From: Desulfobacterales bacterium | GTDB taxonomy: Bacteria > Desulfobacterota > Desulfobacteria > Desulfobacterales > CAFBRK01 | Length of the DNA stretch: 64,000 nt | NCBI GenBank assembly: GCA_021737185.1 | Contig: JAIPEL010000003.1 | Location: 31,763-95,762 of the forward strand | Direction of reading: 5' to 3' | Shown here: piece by piece, positions 9,216 to 18,366 of the stretch | Numbering within the stretch: position 1 is the first letter of the stretch | How the letters are laid out: every line of letters starts with the position of its first letter | The notes under the pieces: generated by a model | Databases searched by the model: none | What the model saw: only the letters and a program-made list of their open reading frames with translations | What the model was told of the DNA's origin: nothing | Translations under genes and position numbers: made by a program

Positions 9216-11498
9216 ATGAGCAACACCCACGTGGAGACCATCGCGGCAGAGCTGTACCTGAACGAGTCTCAGGTGTCAGCGGTGGCCGATCTTCTCGATG
9301 ACGGGGCGACGATTCCTTTTATCGCCCGCTACCGCAAGGAAGCCACCGGCAGCCTGGACGAGGTCGCCGTCACCCGCATCCGGGACCGGCTCCGCCAAGT
9401 CCGGGAGCTCGAGTCCAGGAAGAAGGCCGTTTTAAAATCCCTTCAAGAGCACGGCCACCTGACAGAAGAACTCGAGGCACAGGTGCTTGCCGCCGCCAGT
9501 TTGGCCGAACTCGAAGACCTCTATCTTCCGTTTCGGCCCAAAAGGCGCACCCGGGCTTCCATCGCCCGGGAGAAGGGCCTCGAGCCGCTGGCTGAAGCCA
9601 TTTTCGCACAAAGCGGGACGGATCCGGAGACCGCGGCCGCCGCCTTCGTCGATCCGGAGCAAAAGGTTCCCACGATCCAGGAAGCACTGGCCGGTGCCCG
9701 GGACATCATCGCCGAATGGATCAACGAAGACGCCGAAGCCCGGTCGCTGATGCGCCGCCTGTTCACGGAAAAGGGAATTCTCAGCAGCCGGGTGGCGGCC
9801 GGCAAAGAGACCGACGGCGCCAAATACCGGGATTACTTCGACTGGTCCGAACCGCTCAAAGACGCCCCCTCCCATCGCGTGCTGGCCATGCGCCGAGCAG
9901 AGCGCGAAGACATACTGACCCTGTCGATCGCGCCGCCGGAAGACGAAGCACTGAATCTGTTGCGGAGCCGATTTGTCAAAGGCGGCGGCGCCGACGCCGC
10001 GCAGGTGGCCGAAGCAGCGGCCGACAGCTATCGGCGTCTGATTTCCCGCTCCATGGAAACCGAGATGAGACTGTCTGCCAAGGACAGGGCCGATGCCGAA
10101 GCGATCCGCATTTTTGCCGAAAATCTCCGGGAATTGCTCCTGGCCCCGCCGCTGGGTCCCCGCCGGGTCATGGGAATCGACCCGGGGTTTCGAACCGGAT
10201 GCAAGCTCATTTGCCTCGACCGACAGGGAAAGCTCCTGCACTACGAAACGGTATTTCTTCACCGTTCCGAGAGACAGGACCAAGAGGCGGCCCGCCGCAT
10301 CGCCGAACTTTGCAGCGACTACGGGATCGAAGCCGTGGCCGTGGGAAACGGCACCGCCGGCCGGGAAACCGAGGCGCTGGTCCGCGGAATTGCTTTTTCA
10401 AGTCCGCTTCCGGTCATGCTCGTCAATGAAAGCGGGGCCTCGGTCTACTCGGCCTCAGAAGCGGCCCGAGAAGAGTTTCCGGAGCTGGACCTGACGATCC
10501 GCGGGGCGATATCCATCGGACGGCGGCTGATGGATCCGCTGGCGGAACTGGTCAAAATCGACCCCAAATCCATCGGCGTCGGACAGTACCAGCATGACGT
10601 CGATCCGACCTCGCTGCGGGAGGCGCTCGATGATGTCGTGGTCAGCTGCGTCAACGCCGTTGGGGTCGATGTCAACCGCGCCAGCGCCCAATTGCTGACA
10701 TACGTCTCGGGACTCGGTCCCCAGCTTGCCAAAAACATCGTGGCCTATCGGGACGAACACAGATCTTTCCCGAGCCGGGCGACGCTGCGCAAGGTCCCGA
10801 GGCTCGGGCCAAAGGCCTTCGAACAGTGCGCCGGTTTTTTGCGGATCCGAGGCGGAGAAAACCCGCTTGACGCGAGCGCCGTGCACCCGGAAAGCTACCC
10901 GGTGGTCCAGGCCATGGCAGACGATCTTGCGTGCACCGTATCGGAGCTGATGGCAGACGCGGATCTTCGCAAAAAAATCGACATGAACCGGTATGCCGGA
11001 GACGGCGTCGGCCTGCCGACCCTGCGAGACATTTTGCAGGAGCTTTCCAAGCCCGGAAGGGATCCGCGGCAGGAATTCGAAACCGTCTCGTTTGCAGACG
11101 GCATCGACAAGCTCGAAGACCTGCAGCCGGGAATGCGCCTTGCCGGAGTGGTGACCAACGTCACCGCCTTTGGCGCCTTTGTCGATGTGGGCGTCCACCA
11201 GGACGGCCTGGTTCACATCAGCCAACTGGCCGACCGGTTCGTCCGAAACCCGGCCGAGGTGGTCCGGGTCCAGCAGCGGGTAACAGTGACCGTGCTCGAC
11301 GTCGACCTGGAACGGAGGAGAATCTCTCTTTCCATGAAAAAAAATCCGGACCAGGTCGAGCGGCGGACGCCTCCGGCCGAAAGCCGGCCCCGCAAAAAAA
11401 GCGCAGACCGGAAGAAGAACAACGGAAACGGAAAAAAGCAACGGACGCCGTTTCACAATCCGTTTGCCGAACTGTTGGGTAAAAAAGATAATGCCTAA
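9216..11498 (+). CDS. tex: Transcription accessory protein Tex (YqgF/HhH/S1 domains)
   Basis: 760 aa with the N-terminal FIARYRKE motif, a central RuvC/YqgF-like region (VMGIDPGFRTGCK), and a C-terminal S1 domain (GVVTNVTAFGAFVDVGVHQDGLVHIS). Confidence 0.95.
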   Translation: MSNTHVETIAAELYLNESQVSAVADLLDDGATIPFIARYRKEATGSLDEVAVTRIRDRLRQVRELESRKKAVLKSLQEHGHLTEELEAQVLAAASLAELEDLYLPFRPKRRTRASIAREKGLEPLAEAIFAQSGTDPETAAAAFVDPEQKVPTIQEALAGARDIIAEWINEDAEARSLMRRLFTEKGILSSRVAAGKETDGAKYRDYFDWSEPLKDAPSHRVLAMRRAEREDILTLSIAPPEDEALNLLRSRFVKGGGADAAQVAEAAADSYRRLISRSMETEMRLSAKDRADAEAIRIFAENLRELLLAPPLGPRRVMGIDPGFRTGCKLICLDRQGKLLHYETVFLHRSERQDQEAARRIAELCSDYGIEAVAVGNGTAGRETEALVRGIAFSSPLPVMLVNESGASVYSASEAAREEFPELDLTIRGAISIGRRLMDPLAELVKIDPKSIGVGQYQHDVDPTSLREALDDVVVSCVNAVGVDVNRASAQLLTYVSGLGPQLAKNIVAYRDEHRSFPSRATLRKVPRLGPKAFEQCAGFLRIRGGENPLDASAVHPESYPVVQAMADDLACTVSELMADADLRKKIDMNRYAGDGVGLPTLRDILQELSKPGRDPRQEFETVSFADGIDKLEDLQPGMRLAGVVTNVTAFGAFVDVGVHQDGLVHISQLADRFVRNPAEVVRVQQRVTVTVLDVDLERRRISLSMKKNPDQVERRTPPAESRPRKKSADRKKNNGNGKKQRTPFHNPFAELLGKKDNA

Positions 11499-11655
11499 AA
11501 TGCCTGAAATGAGCTAAAATGCCTAAATTGATCGAGGTCTTTCGTCCCTCTCATTTGCTTGCATGCGCGGGAGATTACTTGCCTTGAAATGCCCCGAATC
11601 CGCCAGTATCCATCTATTTTAGGCATTCTAGGCATTTTAGCTCATTTTAGGCATT
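11490..11655. repeat. Inverted arms of AATGCCTAAAAT-type units starting on the tex stop codon
   Basis: 11502-11528 (GCCTGAAATGAGCTAAAATGCCTAAAT) is nearly complementary to 11625-11652, about 26 of 29 positions. The tex TAA (11496-11498) lies in the first unit. The central segment between the outer arms is about 85 nt. Confidence 0.8.
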
Positions 11656-11726
11656 CGCCCTGTAACGGTGTCGAATACAGCCAGAATCGCGTTTTCCGAA
11701 CTTGCAAAATAGTCAAGGAGTTTTGT

Positions 11727-12167
11727 ATGCGCGCCGTGGCCCAGCGAGTCAGCAGCGCGTCGGTGATCGTGGAAGATGAGACGGTGGGCCGGATCGGCCA
11801 GGGACTGGTTGTGCTTCTGGCGGTGGGTCGAGGTGACGACGCAGAAGCCGCGGACTGGCTTTCGGAAAAAATCGCCCATCTTCGGATCTTTGAAGACGAC
11901 GACGGAAAAATGAACCGATCGGTCCTCGACGTCGGCGGACAGGTGCTGGTCATCTCCCAGTTCACCCTGTTCGGCGACTGCCGCAAAGGCAGAAGACCCT
12001 CGTATCAACAGGCCGCTGATCCAACTATGGCACGGGATCTGTACCGGGAATTTGCCGCCGCCCTCAGAAAATGGGGTCTTATCGTCGAAACCGGCCGGTT
12101 CGGCGCCAAAATGGCCGTATCCCTGGTCAACGATGGACCGGTCACCCTCATTGTAGAATCGCCTTGA
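11727..12167 (+). CDS. dtd: D-aminoacyl-tRNA deacylase
   Basis: 146 aa from ATG 11727 ([13 protein letters not shown]...[14 protein letters not shown]...ISQFTLFGD...KGRRPSY). Confidence 0.95.
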   Translation: MRAVAQRVSSASVIVEDETVGRIGQGLVVLLAVGRGDDAEAADWLSEKIAHLRIFEDDDGKMNRSVLDVGGQVLVISQFTLFGDCRKGRRPSYQQAADPTMARDLYREFAAALRKWGLIVETGRFGAKMAVSLVNDGPVTLIVESP

Positions 12168-12232
12168 CCATAGCGCCAAGGGGGCCTTTTCTGTTTTACG
12201 ACGCTAAAAAATCATGGATTGCCACGCTTCCC

Positions 12233-13429
12233 ATGATCGCCGCCGCCCTTTTTTTCTGGACGGCAGCGCCGGCGGCCGACGCGGCCGCACCCGACCGTGT
12301 CCGGCTTGCCCGAGCCGCGGCACTGGTGGGACCGAGGGACGCATTGGTTCTGGCCGGCCCCGATGGAAGTATTCTTTTGGCAAAGCACACCGAAACCCCC
12401 CGCATTCCTGCATCGACCCTAAAGCTGCTCACCGCCTTGGCCGGATTCGAGATTCTGGGAGAATCGTACCGCTTTCCCACCGACTTTTTCCTCGATCCCG
12501 AGGGCAATCTGAAAATCAAGGGATACGGCGATCCGATGCTCGTATCCGAAGCCGTTGCGGCCATCGCGTCGGAGGTGGCCGCAGCGCTGCCCGGGAAAAA
12601 GACCGTGGGCGACCTGGTTCTCGACGACGCTTTCTTTGCCCAGCCGCTTACGATCCCCGGCGTAAGCGACTCTTTCGAGCCTTACGACGCCCCAAACGGC
12701 GCGCTGTGCGTCAATTTCAACACGGTTTTTTTCAAGACGGCTCCCGACGGCCGCCTGGTCAGCGCAGAGCCTCAGACGCCCCTGCTTCCCCTGGCGATCC
12801 AAAAAATCCAGAGCGCCGGAATGACCCGGGGCCGGATCGTGCTCGCCGACGGCAACCGCGAAGGGCTCCGGTATGCCGGTTATCTTTTCGCCTATTTTCT
12901 GAAAAAAGCGGGCGTGACGGTGCAGGGCCGGGTTCGCTTCGGCCGGGTCGAACCGGACCGGGACCGCCGCCTCCACCGACATCGCTCTGCTTTTGCCTTG
13001 ACGGCCGTGGTCGAACGGCTGATGACCCATTCCAACAACTTTACGGCCAATCAGATCCTGATCGCGGCCGGCGCCAAACGCTACGGTCCGCCCGGCACCC
13101 TCGAAAAAGGGGTTCGGGCCCTTGCGGCATTTGCCGAGGAGAAGCTGGGGATTCGCGGTCTGAAATTGACCGAGGGTTCCGGCATTTCGCGTCAAAACCG
13201 GATCACGGCCCAAGGGCTGCTGGCCGTTCTTGATTCCTTCGTCCCCTACCGCCATCTGATCGTCGAAGAAAATCGCATCCGCACAAAGACCGGCACCCTG
13301 GCAGGGATTCAAACCCGGGCAGGCTATATCGAAGCCGCTTCCGGTCTCTATCGGTTCGTCATCCTGATCAACACCCGGGGCCGATCCGCAGATCGAATCC
13401 TGCAAGAGATTTCCGCCGCCCTGCCGTAA
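12233..13429 (+). CDS. dacB: D-alanyl-D-alanine carboxypeptidase/endopeptidase (PBP4 family)
   Basis: It starts with a signal-like N-terminus (MIAAALFFWTAAPAADAA) from ATG 12233 and carries the SxxK active site (PASTLKLLTA). The tracked start at 12071 overlaps dtd and is rejected. Confidence 0.85.
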   Translation: MIAAALFFWTAAPAADAAAPDRVRLARAAALVGPRDALVLAGPDGSILLAKHTETPRIPASTLKLLTALAGFEILGESYRFPTDFFLDPEGNLKIKGYGDPMLVSEAVAAIASEVAAALPGKKTVGDLVLDDAFFAQPLTIPGVSDSFEPYDAPNGALCVNFNTVFFKTAPDGRLVSAEPQTPLLPLAIQKIQSAGMTRGRIVLADGNREGLRYAGYLFAYFLKKAGVTVQGRVRFGRVEPDRDRRLHRHRSAFALTAVVERLMTHSNNFTANQILIAAGAKRYGPPGTLEKGVRALAAFAEEKLGIRGLKLTEGSGISRQNRITAQGLLAVLDSFVPYRHLIVEENRIRTKTGTLAGIQTRAGYIEAASGLYRFVILINTRGRSADRILQEISAALP

Positions 13430-13435
13430 ACACCA

Positions 13436-13748
13436 GAAATTCGAAATCCGAAATCCGAATTTTCCTTTTTTCGTCATTCCCGCGAAAGCGGGAATCCAGT
13501 AATTTATAGAACTTCTGGATGTCGGATCAAAAAAGCTTGCCCCGGACTCGATCCGGGGTCCGGCAGGACGCTTCGGGTACTTTTTACGATTTCATCAATA
13601 TTTGAATTTTGAATTTGCCCTTCGATCCCGCCTCGGCGGGACTCCCTTCGACTGCGCTCAGGACAAGCAGGATGGTGAGCCTGCCTGCAGCGAGCTTGTC
13701 GAATCTGTCAAACCGTTTCGGATTTCGTGCTACGGATTTCGAATTTAA
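13436..13748. repeat. Mosaic repeat block: AAATCCGAAAT-type outer inverted arms enclosing REP-like GC hairpins
   Basis: The arms are 13436-13464 and 13713-13748 (AAATTCGAAATCCG matches exactly in inverted orientation). The inner hairpins are TTCCCGC-gaaa-GCGGGAA (within 13471-13499), CCCCGGA-ctcga-TCCGGGG (13540-13558), CCCGCC-tc-GGCGGG (13628-13641), and GACAAGC..GCTTGTC. Confidence 0.8.
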
Positions 13749-13781
13749 CGCTATGGGAAAGATAGCAAGCCGGGATATCGG

Positions 13782-14591
13782 CTATCTTGGAGGAGTCGGT
13801 TCGCTGGTGATGTGGGCGTAGGCGCTGTGGTTGTGGATGGATTCGAAATTTTCCGCGCTCACGGAAAACCACGTGATATTGGCGTCGGATTTGAGGCTGA
13901 CGGCGACATCGCGGACGATGTCTTCGACAAACTTGGGGTTGTTGTACCCCCGCTCTGTGACCTGCTTTTCATCCACCCGTTTGAGCACCGAAAATACGTC
14001 GCAGGAAGCGGAATGCTCCACCAATTCGATCATGTCCTCGAGCCAGACGAACTTGCGGAAACGGACGGCCAGGCGCACCTCTCCGCGCTGGTTGTGGGCG
14101 CCCGCATCGCTGATCTCCTTGGAACAGGGACAGACAGAAGTGATCGGCACGATCACCTCCGACACCAGGTCCGTCTTTCCTTCCGGATCGCTGGAGCCGA
14201 TCAGACGACAAGTGTAGTCCATCAATCCCGGGGCGAAGCTGATCGGAGCGTTTTTTTCAATGAAGTAGGGAAAGGTGATCTCCACGTGGGCAGAGGCCGC
14301 GTTGAGATGCTTTTTCATCTCCTCTAAAATTTCCGAAAATTTCTTCAAGGAGATTTCAGGACGAAACAGATGCAGCAGCTCCACAAACCGGCTCATGTGG
14401 GTCCCCCGGTTCTTGTGGGGAAGATCCACGTACATGTTGATGTTGGCCACGGTGTTCTGGGTGTGATTGCGCCGGTCCAGGACGGTGATCGGATAGCGGA
14501 TGTTTTTGATGCCGACTTTGTCGATCGGAATGTGGCGGTAATCTCGTTCGTTCTGGATGTCTCTCATGGTGAGGTCGAAGCCGTTTCTCAC
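13782..14591 (-). CDS. folE2: GTP cyclohydrolase I type 2 (FolE2/MptA family)
   Basis: 269 aa with IPIDKVGIKNIRYPI, GTHMSRF and CPCSKEIS motifs. AAGGAGG lies just upstream of GTG 14591. Confidence 0.9.
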   Translation of the reverse strand: MRNGFDLTMRDIQNERDYRHIPIDKVGIKNIRYPITVLDRRNHTQNTVANINMYVDLPHKNRGTHMSRFVELLHLFRPEISLKKFSEILEEMKKHLNAASAHVEITFPYFIEKNAPISFAPGLMDYTCRLIGSSDPEGKTDLVSEVIVPITSVCPCSKEISDAGAHNQRGEVRLAVRFRKFVWLEDMIELVEHSASCDVFSVLKRVDEKQVTERGYNNPKFVEDIVRDVAVSLKSDANITWFSVSAENFESIHNHSAYAHITSEPTPPR

Positions 14592-14606
14592 AACGCCTCC
14601 TTACGA

Positions 14607-15335
14607 TCACAGCAGGTATTCGGGCCTGACATGGCGCATGGCGCGGAAAATATTGCCGCGGATCTTGCGGTTGCTCCGATACAGGCCCCGGAGCATCTCC
14701 TTGACCTCGCGGCGCTTGGAAGCAGCGGCGCTCGGGCACGGATTTCCAAAAGCCGGGAAATCGAGCGTCCGGGCCATCCGTCCGATGAGCTGCTCGCCGG
14801 CAAACGCCAGCGGCCGAATCACTTTGAACCGGCCCTTGAAAAACGGCTGAACCGGTTTCATGGTGCTCATCTCCCCTGCGTAGAACATATTCAAGAACAG
14901 GGTTTCGATGATATCGTCCTGGTGGTGGCCGAGGGCAATTTTCCCGCATCCAAGTTCATCGGCGACCTCGAACAGCCGCTGACGCCGGCGCCGCGAGCAG
15001 AGAAAACAAGGATTTTCCCTGTTTTCCGGACCGTGGGCCCGGATACCGAAGTCGGTCTGTTCGACCCGCAGCTCGGCGCCGCACCGGCGGGCGAAAACGG
15101 CCAGGGGTTCTGCGATGCCGCCGGCGAATCCCGGGTCGATATACACCGGATAAAGCTCGTATGCAACAGGCACCCGCAGGCGTCTTTCGGCAAGAATCCA
15201 GGTGAGCACCATGCTGTCCTTGCCGCCGGAAAGCCCCACAAGGATCTTATCCCCGTCGGAGATCATATCGTAGGCATGGATCGCCCGGCCGACGGCCCGG
15301 TTCAGGTTCCGGTATGTGCTGCTGATGTTGGCCAA
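14607..15335 (-). CDS. PP-loop ATPase, TtcA-like tRNA thiolation protein
   Basis: 242 aa with the PP-loop LVGLSGGKDS and a CxxC (NPCFLCSRRRR). It resembles the tRNA 2-thiocytidine synthase family. Confidence 0.8.
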   Translation of the reverse strand: MANISSTYRNLNRAVGRAIHAYDMISDGDKILVGLSGGKDSMVLTWILAERRLRVPVAYELYPVYIDPGFAGGIAEPLAVFARRCGAELRVEQTDFGIRAHGPENRENPCFLCSRRRRQRLFEVADELGCGKIALGHHQDDIIETLFLNMFYAGEMSTMKPVQPFFKGRFKVIRPLAFAGEQLIGRMARTLDFPAFGNPCPSAAASKRREVKEMLRGLYRSNRKIRGNIFRAMRHVRPEYLL

Positions 15336-15416
15336 TGCAAAAGCTCCGGAAGCCGGCAGGCAGCGGCTGCCATGGGCTGCCGCAAAAAGAGCAAAGCGTG
15401 CAGCGGAGGATCGGCG

Positions 15417-15635
15417 TTAGGCTTCGGCCTCTTCAGATTCGGGGCTTTCCGTGTGAAGACGAATCTTTCCGGCGGCGATTTCTCTCAAAGAGACCACGAT
15501 ATCTTCATTTTTGGGGGCGCTGACCAGATACTCGGAACCCTCCCGAATCTGACGAACCCGGCGGGCGGCCATGTGGACCAGCAAGAACCGGTTGGAAACC
15601 CGCTTGAGACAATCTTCGATCGTAATCCGTGCCAC
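15417..15635 (-). CDS. rpoZ: RNA polymerase omega subunit
   Basis: 72 aa, MARITIEDCLKRVSNRFLLVHMAARRVRQI. Confidence 0.9.
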   Translation of the reverse strand: MARITIEDCLKRVSNRFLLVHMAARRVRQIREGSEYLVSAPKNEDIVVSLREIAAGKIRLHTESPESEEAEA

Positions 15636-15693
15636 GGCTGTCCTCCTTAGACGGCCGAACCGCCGTCAAAAGGTAAATGGTTGTTTTCATGTC

Positions 15694-15736
15694 AAAAAAG
15701 CGCCCGACCCGTGCCGCCGTCTCCAACGGCGCGCTC
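15694..15736 (-). terminator. Candidate intrinsic terminator downstream of the greA 3' element
   Basis: In minus sense, a GC stem GCGC(G)CCG/CGGGCGC (7 bp with one bulge) is followed directly by U6 (plus-strand A6 at 15694-15699). Confidence 0.4.
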
Positions 15737-15738
15737 GA

Positions 15739-15890
15739 CACCAGAAGTGGTTTTAAAACCTCGAATCGCGCCGAAGGTCAAGGCGCGGACCGTCGAAAAA
15801 GCGGAGCATACACGGGAGTATGTGAGCATTTTTCGGCGGCCCGCAATGCAGAGATTCGGTGCGAGATGGGGTTTTGAAACCACTTCTAGA
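15739..15890. repeat. ~150-nt foldback element with 20-30 nt terminal inverted repeats overlapping the greA stop
   Basis: CCAGAAGTGGTTTTAAAACC (15741-15760) pairs with GGTTTTGAAACCACTTCTAG (15870-15889). The interior holds hairpins CGCGCC..GGCGCG and CATAC..GTATG. The greA TAG (15886-15888) sits in the right arm. Confidence 0.7.
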
Positions 15891-16353
15891 GTATTTCCAC
15901 CAGTTCATATACCCGCTTTCCGCCGGGCACCTGAATGGTGATCTCGTCGCCGGTCTTTTTCCCGATCAAAGACCGGCCCAGCGGCGAGGCCACCGAAATC
16001 CGCCCCTTTCCGATATCCGACTCGTCCGGGCCCACCAACTGGTACTCTAGGTTTTCACCGGTATCGATATTCTCGACCAGCACCCGGCTTCCGAACACGG
16101 CTCGATCCTTGGGCAGCGTGCCGGGATCGATGATGTCGGCGTTGGCCAGTTTGAATTCAAGTTCGCTGACACGGCCCTCGATAAAGCTCTGGCGATCTTT
16201 GGCCGCCTCGAATTCGGCATTTTCGGACAGGTCTCCGTGGCCCCGGGCCTCTTCGATGGCCTGGATGTTCTGAGGCCGTTCCACGCTCTTGAGCCGTTCC
16301 AGCTCCTTTTTCAGGGCTTCGTATCCATCCCTGGTAATCGGTACGCGTTCCAC
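15886..16353 (-). CDS. greA: Transcription elongation factor GreA
   Basis: 155 aa, ITRDGYEALKKELERLK...HGDLSENAEFEAAKDRQ. GTG start. Confidence 0.95.
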   Translation of the reverse strand: MERVPITRDGYEALKKELERLKSVERPQNIQAIEEARGHGDLSENAEFEAAKDRQSFIEGRVSELEFKLANADIIDPGTLPKDRAVFGSRVLVENIDTGENLEYQLVGPDESDIGKGRISVASPLGRSLIGKKTGDEITIQVPGGKRVYELVEIL

Positions 16354-16356
16354 GAT

Positions 16357-17466
16357 TCATCGGCTCCTTATCTTTTCGGCGGTGTCCGCCGATTCGATCG
16401 TTTCGATATGCTGAACCACCAGATCGCCGACCTCGGAGGTGCTGTATCCCATCCGGCCGGCGGAGAGACTCTTCAGATCGTGTTTGAGTACTTTGATCAC
16501 TCCGGCTTCGATCATGGCCGCCGCCCTGTCTTCGCCCAGGGTCTCCAGCAGCAGCTGGGCCGCTGAGATGGCCGCAATCGGGTTGATGACGCCCTTGCCG
16601 GTGTACTTGGGCGCCGACCCGCCGATGGGCTCGAACATGGAAACCCCGGCAGGGTTGATGTTGCCGCCTGCGGCAACCCCCATGCCGCCCTGGATCATGG
16701 CGGCAAGATCGGTAATGATATCGCCGAACATGTTGTCGGTGACGATCACGTCGAACCATTCCGGATTCTTGACCATCCACATGCAGATGGCGTCCACGTG
16801 GGCATAGTCGGTTTCGATGTCCGGGTACTCGGCGGCGACCTCGGCAAAGGTCCGTTCCCAGAGGTCGAACGCGTAAGTCAGCACATTGGTCTTGCCGCAA
16901 AGGGTCAACTTCTTTTTCTGATTTCGCTTCCGGCAGTACTCGAAGGCGAAGCGAATGCAGCGCTCCACCCCTTTGCGGGTGTTGATCGATTCTTGAACCG
17001 CCACCTCGTCGGCGGTTCCCCGCTTCAGCCAGCCTCCGGCCCCGGCGTAGAGGCCTTCGGTGTTTTCCCGGACAACAACAAAGTCGATGTCTTTAGGGGT
17101 CTTGCCCTTCAGCGGCGTCTCTACGCCCTCATAGAGCTTCACCGGCCTGAGGTTCACGTACAGGTCCAGATGAAACCGGAGCGCAAGGAGAATCCCTTTT
17201 TCCAGAATGCCGGGTTTGACCTCCGGATGTCCGATGGCGCCAAGGTAGATGGCATCTGCAGCCGCCAGCGAAGCCAGCGCATCTTCCGGCAGCGTTTCGC
17301 CGGTTTCCCGATAATGCGCTCCTCCGAAGGGATATTCGGTCAATGAAAGTGCAAACCCGCACTGCTTGGCCGCCTGTTGAAGGACCTTGATCCCCTCGGC
17401 CACGACTTCAGGCCCGGTTCCGTCCCCCGGGATCACCGCGATCTGATACTGTTTTTTCGTGTCCAT
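16357..17466 (-). CDS. Isocitrate/isopropylmalate dehydrogenase family enzyme (3-isopropylmalate or tartrate/D-malate dehydrogenase type)
   Basis: 369 aa with IAVIPGDGTGPEV, VVRENTEGLYAG and NMFGDIITDLAA. From memory the overall pattern is close to DmlA/TtuC-like and archaeal-type LeuB. The substrate cannot be resolved from sequence alone. Confidence 0.85.
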   Translation of the reverse strand: MDTKKQYQIAVIPGDGTGPEVVAEGIKVLQQAAKQCGFALSLTEYPFGGAHYRETGETLPEDALASLAAADAIYLGAIGHPEVKPGILEKGILLALRFHLDLYVNLRPVKLYEGVETPLKGKTPKDIDFVVVRENTEGLYAGAGGWLKRGTADEVAVQESINTRKGVERCIRFAFEYCRKRNQKKKLTLCGKTNVLTYAFDLWERTFAEVAAEYPDIETDYAHVDAICMWMVKNPEWFDVIVTDNMFGDIITDLAAMIQGGMGVAAGGNINPAGVSMFEPIGGSAPKYTGKGVINPIAAISAAQLLLETLGEDRAAAMIEAGVIKVLKHDLKSLSAGRMGYSTSEVGDLVVQHIETIESADTAEKIRSR

Positions 17467-17613
17467 ATCACCATTTGCCGGATCTTTCCGTCAAGTCCGC
17501 CCCGGCAAAGCGAGCCATGACTGATGAACATGCGATTCTCACATCGCGGGATCGTAAAAGCGATCCCGGCCCGATGCCTACGATCGCGCTTGGTGCACTG
17601 CCCCGGTTTTGAT

Positions 17614-18306
17614 TCAGGGAAAATAGCCGATAATCGAGGTGCCCGCCTGGACTTTCTGCCCCTTCCGAACCGCACTTTCAACCTCCGGCGGAAGATAGAC
17701 ATCGAGCCTGGATCCGAAGCAGATCAGGCCGAATCGCCTGCCCCGCGATACCGAATCTCCCGGCAGAATGCGGCAGATGATCCGCCGGGCGACAAGCCCT
17801 GCGATCTGAACGGTGGTAAACCTTTGCCCGTCTTCGGTCTCCATGAACACGGCGTTGCGTTCGTTTTCCGCCGAGGCCTTGTCCAGGTTCGCACTGAAAA
17901 ATCGGCCGGGATGATATTCGATTCGGCGAACCGTCGCCGAGGCCGGAATCCGGTTTATATGTACGTTGAAAATCGACATAAAAATGCTGATTTTCAAGCA
18001 TTTTCCTTCGTAAAACCCGCCGCCGTCCTCTATGATCTCGGCAGCCAGAACCCGTCCGTCTGCCGGCGATACCACCACCTTTTCATCCCGGGGCACCACC
18101 CGGTCCGGATCCCGGAAAAAGAACCCCAGAAACACGGCGGCCGCAAGTCCAATCAGTGCCGGAATCGTCAGCTCAAGAAGAGCAAGGACAAGCGTGATAA
18201 ATGCGGCCGCGGCAAGAATCGGCACGCCTTCGGCGGCAAGCGGCAGGGTCGTAAACCGCTGCGTCTCAGGCCATTGGTATTTTGAATCGCTTTTTTCCGG
18301 TCCCAT
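17614..18306 (-). CDS. psd: Phosphatidylserine decarboxylase proenzyme (short form)
   Basis: It has two N-terminal TM helices, SPADGRV, and a FGSR self-cleavage-type motif near the C-terminus. ATG 18306 is preferred over TTG 18333. Confidence 0.85.
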   Translation of the reverse strand: MGPEKSDSKYQWPETQRFTTLPLAAEGVPILAAAAFITLVLALLELTIPALIGLAAAVFLGFFFRDPDRVVPRDEKVVVSPADGRVLAAEIIEDGGGFYEGKCLKISIFMSIFNVHINRIPASATVRRIEYHPGRFFSANLDKASAENERNAVFMETEDGQRFTTVQIAGLVARRIICRILPGDSVSRGRRFGLICFGSRLDVYLPPEVESAVRKGQKVQAGTSIIGYFP

Positions 18307-18366
18307 CAGCCCCCTGCCCTTTAAAACACCCAAATCGAATTTATTTACAAGAACCGACTCTTCTTG

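Noticed and set aside
12071-12232. N-terminal extension of the PBP4 ORF
   Set aside because: It overlaps the dtd 3' end and is Arg-rich. The internal ATG at 12233 gives a proper signal peptide.
13609-13821. 70-aa ORF across the repeat mosaic
   Set aside because: It is the translation of REP-like hairpins (..PFDPASAGLPSTALRTS..). The same applies to 40374-40649 and 62806-63093, which read through CGTCATTCCCGC/GCCGGACTTGATCCGGC modules.
14370-15650. 426-aa ORF spanning the opposite strand of folE2, the TtcA-like gene and rpoZ
   Set aside because: It crosses three well-supported genes and their spacers, which is implausible for a real gene.
15739-15890. 6S RNA
   Set aside because: The long-hairpin shape is suggestive, but I cannot identify a central bubble or conserved 6S features by eye. 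It is kept only as an unspecified structured element.
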